Source: Haliotis rufescens
Lineage: Eukaryota
DNA: 64,000 nt
Assembly: GCF_023055435.1 (NCBI RefSeq)
Contig: NW_025963791.1
Span: forward strand, 25,730,001 to 25,794,000
Direction of reading: 5' to 3'
Under the pieces are notes generated by a model. That model ran no database searches. It saw nothing but the letters and a program-made list of their open reading frames with translations, and was not told the DNA's origin. Numbering within the stretch: position 1 is the first letter of the stretch; every line of letters begins with the position of its first letter. This document shows, in pieces, positions 13,066-25,100 of this stretch. The translations under genes and the position numbers were made by a program.

Positions 13066-13528
13066 TGAGTATGGTTACGCGCAGCTTTTAGCAATATTCC
13101 AGCAATAATCCAGCAATAATCCAGCAATAATCCAGTATATATCACTGTTGGGGATCCGTGAAGATCCGGGGTAGTATAGGTCTTCAGAAACCCATGCTTG
13201 CCGTAAAAGGCGACTATATGCTTGTCGTAAAAGGCGACTAACGGGATCGGGTGGTCAAGCTCGCTGACTTGGTTGATGCATGTCATCGATCCCAATTGCG
13301 TGGATCGATGCTCATGATGTCAATCACTGGATTGTCTGGTTCAGACTCGATTATTTACAGACAGCCGTCATATAGCTGGAATATTGCTGAGTGCGGTGCT
13401 AAGCAACAAACAAACAAAAACAAAACACTGTTGGGAAAACCAGAAATGGGTTTCACACATTGTACCCATTTGGGCAATCCAAACTGGACCTTCGGTGTGA
13501 CAAGCGAACGCTTTCCCTACCGCCCCAG
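13066..13528 (-). mobile_element. tRNA-head SINE, family C, split by a family B insertion
   Basis: Tail half 13066-13152 and head half 13436-13528 rejoin to the family C consensus (cf. 60641-60802). Confidence 0.8.
13153..13425 (+). mobile_element. Family B short retroposon (non-tRNA head), full length
   Basis: 10-bp TSD CACTGTTGGG (13143-13152 / 13426-13435) and an (AAAC)n tail. Confidence 0.92.
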
Positions 13529-14013
13529 TCTTTAAGATTAATGTCATCTGCATTTTTATTTTGACCGAGTGAAATATCCTAGTTACACATACCAGGCACA
13601 TGGGTGAATGAATGTTGTTTAGTGCCCCAGCTAGCCCTATATTTGTACACAGCTATATTCCGACCCCTTGAACTTACTCGACCCTGGAACCGACAAAACA
13701 GTGCTTGATAGCATGAGTGACTAACCGCCTTGGCACAATATAGCGCGTGTCATTTGCATCATTTAATCATTGTTATCTTTTTAACGTTTCCCCCCTCGGG
13801 ATTCATCCGGGGGGGGGGGGGGGGGTTCCCAGGAAGAGCAGACAACATGGGGATCGGGTGGTCAGACTCTGTCATGTGGTTGAGGGACACTCATCTGACC
13901 CCGATGACGTGGGTAGCTCATTCGTTGGTTTGTTTGGTCCCGACTATTTACAGCTGCCGTGACATATTGTTGGAAAATCGTGACTGCGGCGGTTGACAAC
14001 ATTCACTAAATCA

Positions 14014-14251
14014 GACCCCGGAAGATCCTGGGTAGAAAAGATCTCCAGTAACCCATGCTTGCCGTAAGAGGCGACGATGCTTGTCATAACGGGATCGGGT
14101 GGTCAGGCTCGTGCATGTCATCGTATCCCAATTGCGTGGATCGATTCTCGTGATGTCAGTCACTGGATTGTCTGGTCCAGACTCATTTATTTACAGACCG
14201 CCACCATACAGCTGCAATAATGCTGAGTGAGGCGTAAAACAACAAACAAAC
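14014..14251 (+). mobile_element. Family B short retroposon
   Basis: Head, body and tail match the other copies. An older degenerate copy lies at ~13790-13995. Confidence 0.88.
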
Positions 14252-15327
14252 ACAGCCTTTCGACATATAAGGGACTGTTATTTCATAAGTATAAGGTTTG
14301 GTCGAATACGGTCTTCAAATGTTATCTTACATTAGTACAACATCAGCTCCAGAATGTCTACAGTGACATTATCTTGGGCTGTAGACATCATAAAATGATG
14401 GACGATATACGATTGTGTTATTAATTGGTTAAATCAGGAAAGACGCCGGCTTCTGATACAACATAAGTTTCTCTTTTATGTTTACAATAGGCCGCCGTTG
14501 TGTTATTAAACCATATCGTGTTAATGCCTAGCAACTGAGCACCTTTACTTTGCAGTACACATACTTACCGTTTTGCTCTGCGATAGTCCATTATATGTAC
14601 GGAGGTCTATAAATAATCGAGTATGGGTCAAACAAACCAGGGGGTGATGTCATGAACACCGTCCCGGGCCGTCGGGGTACGGTGACACTCAATCAGCCAT
14701 CAAATCACCGAGCACAAGGTTACTTGGAACAGACGTACCCCGGAATAGCAACATGTAGTTAATGGCAGCATTTAACTGCGACAGATTATATTTACCTTAC
14801 CTGAACCAAAAAGATGGATGAATGAGGTGACCTTTTGTTACGATAGATCAGTGTCATAGATGCTTGTCAGTTGATTCATATTCTTTTCCATGTGGAATTC
14901 GAACTATAAGAATTTGACCTTGGAATGATTAGCTATATTTGAGCCGTGGCATCTTGTCATAAATTATTTATAGTTAAGATAGCACGACTGTATTGCATGG
15001 AATGTAGTGTACTAATGTAGCTTTAAAGGTGTATTTAATGTCCTGATGTTTTAAATTAACTGAATTATTTATTATATATTATATATACTGAATATTAGAA
15101 ATAATCTATAATTCTATGCAAGGTGTTTTGAATCACATGCAACGTCTTGGGCTCGGCTGGTTTACTTATTTAAGCGGTTCGATTCACTACATTAGTACAG
15201 TGCGTGAAAGATTGCTGGTGTCTCCCGATGTGACATAGTTAAAATAGTTTAAAAAAAATATGTTTAGTTTAGTTTTGTGTAGGTAAAACTGAGCTCGTTT
15301 ATTCACTATCTTAAGCAACCAGGCACC

Positions 15328-17300
15328 ATGACAAACAGAATCTACCACTTGTCATAACGAACTAATCTGTTGTCCAATCAATCAGTTTTATTCAGTACTT
15401 AAAAGGCCACAGGCCTATAGTACAATGCGTATTTACATGTAGGTGACGTGGTTGTTGTCATGACAAACTAAACTACCAGTTGCCATGACAAACTAAATCT
15501 ACCCGTTGTCATGACAAACAAAACTACCAGTTGTCATGACAAACAGAATCTACCCGTTGTCATGACAAACTAAATCTACCAGTTGTCATAACAAACTAAA
15601 TCTACCAGTAGTCAGAACGAACAGAATCTACTAGTTGTCATGACAAACAGAATCTACCAGATGTCCTAACGAACTAAACTACCAATTGCCATGACAAACT
15701 AAATCTACCAGTTGTCATGACAAACTAAATCTACCAGATGTCATGACAAACTGAATCTACCAGTTGTAAAGACAATCAACCTGTACATTGTATCATGACA
15801 AAATAAATCTACTCGGTGTCCCACCACACTAATCTACCAGGTGTCCCACCACACTAAATCTACCACATGCCCCATCACACTAAAACTACCAGGTGTCCCA
15901 CCACACTAAATATACAGGTGTCCCACCACACTAATCTACCAGGTGTCCCACCACACTAAATCTACCAGGTGTCCTACCACACTAAATCTACCAGGTGTCC
16001 CGCTACACTAAATCTACCACATGCCCCATCACACTAAATCTACCAAGTGTCATAGCACACTAAATCTACCAGGTGTTCCACCACACTAAATATACAGGTG
16101 TCCCACCACACTAAATCTACCACATGCCCCACCACACTAAATCTACCAGATGTCATAGCACACTAAATCTACCAGATGTCCCACCACACTAAATAAACAG
16201 GTCTCCCACCACACTACATCTACCTGGTGTCCCACCACACTAAATCTACCAGATGTCCTACCACACTAAATATACAGGTGTCCCACCACACTTAACTACA
16301 AGGTATCCCACCACACTAAATATACAGGTGTCCCACCACACTAAATCTACAAGGTGTCCTGCCACACTAGATATACAGGTGTCCCACCACACTAAATCTA
16401 CCAGGTGTCCCACCACACTAAATCTACCTGGTGTCCCACCAGACTAAATCTACCAGGTGTCCTACCACACTAAATCTATCAGGTGTCCCGCCACACTAAA
16501 TCTTCCACATGCCCCATCACACTAAGTCTACCAAGTGTCATAGCACACTAAATCTACCAGGTGTTCCACCACACTAAATCTACCAGGTGTCCCACCACAC
16601 TAAATCTACCACATGCCCCACCACACTAAATCTACCAGATGTCCCACCACACTAAATCTACCAGGTGTTCCACCACACTACATCTACCAGATGTCCCACC
16701 ACACTAAATATACAGGTCTCCCACCACACTACATCTACCTGGTGTCCCACCACACTAAATCTACCAGATGTCCTACCACACTAAATATACAGGTGTCCCA
16801 CAACACAAAATCTACCAGGTGGCCTACCACACTAAATATACAGGTGTCCCACCACACTAAATCTACCAGGTGTCCCACCACACTAAATCTACCAGGTGTC
16901 CCCCCACACTAAATCTACCAGATGTCCCACCACACTAAATCTACCAGGTGTCCCACAACACAAAATCTACCAGGTGGCCTACCACACTAAATCTACCAGG
17001 TGTCCCCCCACACTAAATCTACCAGATGTCCCACCACACTAAATCTACCAGGTGTTCCACCACACTACATCTACCAGATGTCCCACCACACTAAATATAC
17101 AGGTCTCCCACCACACTACATCTACCTGGTGTCCCACCACACTAAATCTACCAGGTGGCCTACCACACTAAATATACAGGTGTCCCACCACACTAAATCT
17201 ACCAGGTGTCCCACCACACTAAATCTACCAGGTGTCCCCCCACACTAAATCTACCAGGTGTCCCCCCACACTAAATCTACCAGGCGCCCACCACACTAAA
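15328..17300. repeat. 26-bp minisatellite with two related sub-arrays
   Basis: ACTAAATCTACCAGTTGTCATGACAA units at ~15330-15810, then ACTAAATCTACCAGGTGTCCCACCAC units at ~15815-17300. Confidence 0.97.
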
Positions 17301-17864
17301 CCTAATTTCCCTCCCCCACAGTCGTCACTCTGAACAAGAGTTGGGGGTACTGGGAACCTATTCTGCCCCAGAATCCCACAGGAATGATCCCCGACATACC
17401 TGAATATATCGCAGTTGAAGCCTCCAGTTCCAGCCATGCTGTACTGGTTAAGGTGTATCCAGACACGTTACGTGGAACTCATAACAACTTGAACTGAATC
17501 ATCCAGACAAAATAGTGAGATTAAGTATCAACAATGGCAGAAAAAATCTCCATCACACTAATCAGTATTAAATGTGTTGGAGCTCCGCCATGCAACTCTC
17601 ACTCAGTGTTGATATTATTGTGGTCTCGGCCAGGATGCAGCTCTGGTATTGTAACACCGTATGTGCAAGGTAACAGCTGCCATATCCCCAGCTGTCGTCT
17701 CAGGGGCGTGCCAGTAACATACAGTGTGAAAACAGTTGTGCTGATACGGAATGTTTTAGATATTATGATCAAGGTGGCTGGCAAGGTGACGGAATGACCT
17801 AAAAATACTCCAAAGCACAACTTCTCAATATGCCTTCATCATATTTGTATTTTGGTCGGGATAA

Positions 17865-18139
17865 GTGTGTGAGTTTTGTTTAACGGCGCTTTTAACAGTA
17901 TTCCAGTTATATCGCGGCGTGTCAGCTTAGTGTGGGAGGAAAGCCCGAAGTGATGCAGGTCTCAGGCGTTTACCACTTCGGTGAAACCCAAGAGCGCGGG
18001 TATGGTGCTGACAAACCTAGACACATAATCGGGGTGAACCGGGATTCGAACCCACAATCATAGGTTTCTGGCTGCCAAAGGGACGCAACTCTGCACAGCG
18101 AATCGCGGCGCCTTAGACGACTGGGCCACCCGTGCCCCC
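17865..18139 (-). mobile_element. tRNA-head SINE, family D (tRNA-Leu-like head, long A-B spacer)
   Basis: Minus strand GGTGGCCCAGTCGTCTAAGGCG ... GTGGGTTCGAATCCC, with the shared GCCGTTAAAC + (ACTC)-like tail. Confidence 0.88.
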
Positions 18140-18494
18140 TGGTCTAGAGGAGATACACCAGGGGCCACAGTGTAACTGAAGCGACTATCAGCAATTGTCA
18201 TGCCACATCAACTGATCTAGAAAATGTCAATTTGAGTCATTCAACTAGTGGTTGATAGCATGAGCCACGCTGCGCGTCATTCGGATACAGCGATAGACAA
18301 CCAGGCAGGACATCCATATAGTAACCGCCAGTCTGTAATTTGTGTTAACACCCACAATGATGGAGAACTGGGCGCCCGTCCTTCCCAGAATGGCCCCTGT
18401 TTGCATAAATATGGAACAGTGTGGGCACCATTACCTGTTTTCCAAGCATGGTTTTATCATTCATTTAGCTGCTATAAACCCTTCTTATATGGTG

Positions 18495-18604
18495 GACCCG
18501 TGAAGATTCCAGGGTAGAACAGGTCTTCAGCAACCCATGCTTGCCGTAAAAGGCGGCTAACGGGATCGGGTGGTCAGGCTCGCTGACTTGGTTGATGCAT
18601 GTCA
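18495..18604 (+). mobile_element. Family B retroposon, 3' truncated
   Basis: Starts GACCCGTGAAGATTCC and has one hairpin module. Confidence 0.85.
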
Positions 18605-18806
18605 GTGTCATCATGAATCGTACATAGAAAGAAACAGTTTCCTCCAATGTCAATGCAGTATGCCTTGTTAACTCTAAGGCCAAGGAAAACACAAGCTGTC
18701 TGAAGTTCGATACCTCCAGGAGCCCATTCCACAGGGTTCTCGTCGTCAAAGGCTCTGTGTACAAAGGTTTGTATCACACTTGGAAGCAATGACAACAATA
18801 TACAGA

Positions 18807-19184
18807 TCTATCATGGTGCAACATTTATACAAAGTTTTCATATAATAATTAGATCCACAGCAAGTGTTTTTACAAGTTACCATGGTGTAACATTTATACA
18901 CATTTATTATATAATTATAGAACAGAAAGTAATATATATATTAGAATCCAGGGAAAATACAGATACAAAATATTAGTTTAGTTATAGTGCTTAGTTAAAT
19001 ACAAGAACCGAAACTAATATTTTGTATCTGCATTTTCTCTGGATTCTAATATATATTACTTCCTTTCTATAATCATATTTAAAAAAATGTATACATGTTA
19101 CACCTTTGTAACTTGTAAAAACACTTGCTGTGGATCTAATTATTACATTAAAATTTAGTATGCACCATGATGCACCATGATAGA
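18807..19184. repeat. AT-rich foldback (long inverted repeat / MITE-like)
   Basis: TCTATCATGGTGCA ... TGCACCATGATAGA ends, ~170-bp complementary arms and a ~30-bp loop near 18980-19010. Confidence 0.9.
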
Positions 19185-19185
19185 C

Positions 19186-19475
19186 GACCCGTGAAGATTC
19201 CGGGGTAGAATAGGTCTTCAGCAACCCATGCTTGCCGTAAAAGGTGACTATGCTTGTCGTAAAAGGTGACTATGCTTGTCGTAAAAGGCGACTAACGGGA
19301 TCGGGTGGTCAGGCTCGCTTACTTGGTTGATGCATGTCATCGATCCCAATTGCGTGGATCGATGCTCATGATATTAATCACTGGATTGTCTGGTCCAGAC
19401 TCGATTATTTACAGACCGCCGTCATATAGCTGGAATATTGCTGAGTGCGGTGTTAAACAACAAACCAACCAACCA
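19186..19475 (+). mobile_element. Family B retroposon, full length, three hairpin modules
   Basis: 12-bp TSD ACCATGRTAGAC with one mismatch; (AACC)n tail. Confidence 0.92.
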
Positions 19476-19906
19476 ACCATGGTAGACCCCTAAAGTTTTT
19501 GGGCGGGGGTGAAATGTAGAACAAACAAATTTGTTTGGCCTACAGAAAGTGTGAATCACAACAGCTACTCACATGTTGAAACACAAGTAACGGTACCACG
19601 CGGGGAAATCAATATCAGCACAACACAATCTGGTGCTTTTGCCTTTCAATCGACAACTCATGAGCTGCATCCTTTCAGTGGCAACAAAGGGAAGATTATC
19701 ATCCCTGCGGGTAATATCAATTAGAGCGATTTCATTACTGTTTCATTACTTACTGAATGTGAGGTAATCGAAATCACTCAGTAGGTATATGAGTTAATTA
19801 CCATTGGTAATATCCTCTAAGATGCTGCGTGTACCTGCCCATACTTGCACGAGAAGGGTACAACGGCCCGAGGAGATAAGGATACATAGTCTGCTAGAGT
19901 GAGTAG

Positions 19907-20173
19907 GTTTGTTTGTTTGTTTGTTGTTTAACGCCGCACTCAGCAATATTCCAGCTATATGACGGCGGTCTGTAAATAATCGAGTCTGGACCAGACAATC
20001 CAGTGATTGACATCATGAGCATCGATCTACACAAATGGAATACGATGACATGCATCAACCACGTCAGCGAGTCTGACCACCCGATCCCGTTAGTCGCCTC
20101 ATACAAACATAGTCGCCTTTTATGGCAAGCCCTGGTTGCTGAAGACCTATTCTGCCCCGGATCGTCACGGATC
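19907..20173 (-). mobile_element. Family B retroposon
   Basis: Reverse-complement match over the full length. Confidence 0.9.
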
Positions 20174-21689
20174 TCGTAAAAAGGAATAACGAGTGTGGCA
20201 GAGAATACAGTGACGTCATGGTAACCGATGAGGTCAAAATGGTCTGCAAAACATTGCGCTGCAATTTCACTGTAGTTGTATATATCCTTGGAGATATGTC
20301 TTGATCTCGCCAAAGTCATATCTCCCAGTTAATTTTCGGATGATAAATCAATCTCACGTTTTACGAGCCGCACTGAATGTCGAATAAATGATATTTGATT
20401 GAACTATTGTTTGCGCCTGTCTGCATCAGCGCAACATAAGAAAAGTGTAGGCAATGTAACCAAATAAGGCTAAATAAACGATTCTGCCAGATTTCGTGAG
20501 TGTGGTTTTTCGCCGCTTTTAGCAATATTCCATTAGTATCAGGGAGACACCAGTCGTGGGCTTCACACCATGCGGGGAAATAGGGCATATGCGATACAAT
20601 TCCTTGAGATGTGATACACATGTCGATATCAAGGTTGTTGTCTGATACACATACGACAGATGACGTGCCATTCGCACATCATCTTATGAAATGATCATTT
20701 GACCAACTAAATATATATTTAGTAGATGTGAGAAATCGAAAACACAGTAGTTTGAACCTACTGTAATACAAGCAGGACATAATATATTTTTCAATTATTA
20801 CTTTTTGTTCACACAGTTCCCCCTTATATTATAAACATGGCCTCGTGACACCGTGGCATATTATATGGCGACGCACCGAGCATTACACGTTTATTAGAAG
20901 ATAAACAGTTACGTTTGTTACATTTGCCGAATGTTATTGTCACTCAACGACTGCAAATTCATTTTATATCTGGAGATGTATTTCTTCAACAGTTTGTTTA
21001 CAGATTAACGCCGTTACATCATGAAGATAGTATTCGTGAAATCAGCGTTACTTCTTAAATGTAAACTTGATAGAGGCGTCTATTACTCATGAAATACTTG
21101 CCACCATCATTCAGGACTTCTTCCAGTATGACATCATCCATGTCAAAACCAAAAACTTCCTCATAGGTTCCCAAATTGAAAAATTATCTTCAGATATTTT
21201 GGCTTGTCTTGAGGAATAGTACCGTTCATTTATTCATACCCAGTTAAGAGGCTAATGTGGATTTGTGGGAATAGAAGGCTAATCGGCGAGGTATTGCAAT
21301 ATCAGATTGCGGAACACACAAACTATTGGTTTACAATGTATAATCACACATGATATTGAACACATGCCAACCAACCCCTAATTGCTACTGTATTACAAGG
21401 AGTGCCTGGACAGTTCTAAGCTTAACTGGGAAGAATGAATAGTACACAGTATAGAAGTGGGTGAACAACGGATGGGACTATGTTCATGTTGATAGATAGT
21501 ATTCTATGTGACTGTAAGATGTCATGTAATCAACCAAATCATCCAGTGTGACCACCAATCCATTGAGTCTTCTATTCTCCAAGCATGTGTTGCTGCATAA
21601 GGACCTGTTCTGATTGATATTATGCATCTTCCCGAGGCAAGGGCCTTAAATGTCTATAGAAGTCCAGTATCCACTTATATAGTGACGTG

Positions 21690-21972
21690 ATTGCTCGTGC
21701 ATGCGGCCGCTTGTTGTAGTTGGGACTAATACCGATCTATAGTAATAGCCCACTGAGATACCATGCCACAGTTTAACATGAATACCCCACTCAGACACAA
21801 TATACTAACTCCGAGCCAACCAGTCCTTGTTTTAGCCCCATAATGTCGGGTGCCAGACTGGGTAACATCAAGTACCATCTTTTGAACGTCTTGGTATGAC
21901 GCGGCCAGGGATCGAACCCCTGACCTTCCGCTCTCTGGGCAGACGCTCTACCACTAGACCATGGAGGCGGTC
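21690..21972 (-). mobile_element. tRNA-head SINE, family A
   Basis: Reverse complement of the 59600 copy, including boxes A and B. Confidence 0.88.
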
Positions 21973-22125
21973 AGAAACAGGTGATAAACAAGGACAACGT
22001 CAATTGCTGTTTCAACAAATTTACTAGCAGACATTCTATATACACACAGGCTGACAGTGTCCTTGGAGCAACATCTTGGTGCTAGATGGCCTCACAGCTG
22101 ATCACTGCACACACATCACATATTT

Positions 22126-25100
22126 CTAGTTGTATATTTTCTTATTTGGGTCCACATCAGATGTTCGCACAACTGGAAAATAAAGATCAACTCAATAAAT
22201 GTACTTGTGCAGTCATATTTAAAAAAAGAAAGAAACCAGGCTACACAGCCTGGTGTCATTCCATGGATGTTGTAATTACTGCCCTGTGTGGACACAAGAT
22301 GAAACTGACACAGTGTCTGTGTAGTTAGGGTGATCATTAGCTGCTGCAACAATATCACAAACTTTGATTAAGCACGAAGCCATGCAGGTTTTGAATCACT
22401 TGAATTAAAAAATTTAAAACAAAGTTAGAAGGGGTAGACATGATCATTGGTTCATAAGTTTACTACTCAACTTCTGGATGGGTGTGTGTTCTCCCAAAAT
22501 CAAGTTATGTTGGAATGTTCTAGTCAAAAATGACCTTTGGACAAGTTCATGTAACTCATGGTGTCTGCCTTGCTGTAGTCACTGTCTCAGTTACTATCTC
22601 ATTATACTAGTATTCTTAGGAAGTAACTAGACGTTTCGCCTGACATTTAATTGCAACATCTTTTAAAATATGACAGCTTGTCATGTGAAATCTGGAAAAC
22701 TGATACAAGGGAGATAACTCAACATAGCCTATGATCCATGTGAAGAGCTTGAATTTTCATAAAATACTTCCCACGAGATGCTAATTAGAAATCCATGTAC
22801 GATTTTCTTTACAAACTAACTAGTAGTGCATTGATGGTTTATAACTTTTATACCCGGTAAACCTAAAGTCCCCTTACATGCCTTAGGTACTGCATGAATG
22901 ACCAGTTGACTCACTGAGACTACAGGAAACAACCGGTAGTATTGAGGAGTACTCATGTTTTTAAGGATGACTAAGTCTAAATGTTGCTCAAACAAACCAA
23001 TGAAATTCTAGTTTTGTCAACCAAACAAGCATCAACATTTCTGAGTCACTTGCCTGTTTGTCTTGAAACAGTGAAATCCAGTTTTCTTGTAAAACCTAGT
23101 TACATTTCCACTAATTCAAAAACCCATCACTAACAATCCAGCCATTGACTTGTTTTGTTTGTTTGACACTGTAATATTCCAGCCATATGACGGAGGCCTG
23201 TAAATAATCTGGACTAGTGATTGATATTATGAAAACTATTCACAATAAACAGTTTATCAATGAAATCCTGAGTATGACCACCAGGTACATTTAGCTTCAT
23301 TTCCAGAAATAATGCTGCCCTTAAATTCTCATCTTTACCTGAGTAGGTGTATCTATGTTGATGAGCCGACTCTGTGTCTCTTAACCATATGGTGGCTCCA
23401 ACTCCAAATGAAGCTATACCTGAAAATAATATCATTCATTAAAATTGTTCTGTGAGTCGTATCATTATTTATAGTATTAATAATTCACTACTTTATTCAG
23501 AGAACAGGAAATTCTATGTGAGAGTTAGTAATGGAATGTTGATTAACACAGCAGAAGTATTCCATGTTTACCCATCAATAAACCAGTGATTGAAAGCATG
23601 AGCAACAGCTCATGGATGACACACAGTCAGCCAAGTTCCCATTATTAGAATGGGACTCTTTCAGCAAGCAGAAAAAACTGGAAACATAATCACATATTCT
23701 GACCTGTAATCCTCTCAGGGTCTTATCTTCCCAAGGCAAGAGAGTTCACTAGCCTTTTTATCAAAGTCTTGTTTCCACTCTTGCCACATCAAGCCCACTT
23801 TCGTGTGCTTAATATGATTGGACTATCGTACATATGGATAGTCCAATCAGAGAACTTTTATCAAAATCAACATCAACACATGATCAACGACTGGTACACC
23901 TTAATATGAAAGTGATTTACCACTGCATGTCCTTGTTGACAGGAATATGTCTTTTTCATCTTTTAACTGTTTAAACATCTCAACGATTGCCTATCTTTTT
24001 CTGTCAGGGATGAAGTTGTGAATGGGTCATCGCCTATGGTAGTCGCCATCTTTGTGAAGCTATATAAGATAAGAACTGCGATCTGATTTCTATTACAAGG
24101 GGCACATCTTGTGATCTACGTGAAGGGTGCCAGGGTTGCGCCGAGAAAAGTGGCCTAGATGTGGCAAGGGTAGAAACTAGGCTTTGTGGCTAGTGGATAT
24201 GTTTGCCTCGGGAAGATCTATAGGTCTATGTGACAGAGAAGCTACAGGATATTATTGCATGGCACCCTTAACCATGTATGCTCATATGCTGTAAAGATCA
24301 CATATTTCATGTACTTAACATGCAAAAAGTTTGCTCAGTCACTTTATTTTACATGAAAAGGCATGGTGAACAATAAATAAATTGAATCAGTTAACTTATG
24401 ATCATTCTTGTGATTTGATTGTCAATGGCAAGAGTAAGGTAAGGTAAGAGCAGTCTGTGATGTTAGCCACTGCTTAAGTCCAAAGCGTCCAGAACAACAG
24501 CCTGTTGGACTACTGGAGCATTCTCTGTGGTAGCCTGATTGGTCTAGTAATGTTTTCCTCACATGAATCTGTCATCAACCAGTTGAAACTAATACAGTGA
24601 ACATGGTGAATAGGCAAAATACGTTCTTTGCTACACCATGAATTAAACATAACTGAAACAGAATATTTGTCAAATTAATGCACATTTATGCAGCAGAACA
24701 ATGCAATGGTTCTGAAACTGTACTACTCTAAATAATTAGCAGCCTGTGATTAACCTGAGATACATGCATACAAGTCCCTAAATGATGTACCATAACGGGC
24801 CACTGAACTAACCCAGGGCTTGTGGCTAAATTTTTTTACTATCTGGAATGTCTAGTTGGGTAAAAGTTTTTGGAACAGTCTGCAAGAGTAATACAATTAC
24901 ATAATCTGATCATGTTTCAATCGATTCATTCTGGGGGCTTGTTATTTCTGTTGTACCTCTCTGTCATCTTACAGGGTTGTACCCAAGGAAACAACTGGCT
25001 CAAACCCCAAGACCCTTTACTTCCCGCAACATTGCAGTCTAAACTGAATACAGGCGTGGCATAGTGTCGTCATCATCATCATCATCATCAGTAATAACAA

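Noticed and set aside
13251-13535. Recurrent 'GLSGPDSIIYRPPSYSWNIAECG' ORFs as a gene family
   Set aside because: Translations of the family B repeat; frames are not preserved among copies.
16253-17248. His/Thr/Pro-rich ORFs
   Set aside because: Translations of a 26-bp (non-triplet) minisatellite.
17300-18800. Coding-like minus-strand stretches (possible pseudogene)
   Set aside because: Multiple stops, no recognisable domain and no consistent splice model.
21055-21330. Minus-strand GTYEEVFGFDMDDVILEEVLNDGGKYF segment
   Set aside because: Looks like a decayed coding relic but has stops and frameshifts, and I cannot assign a family.
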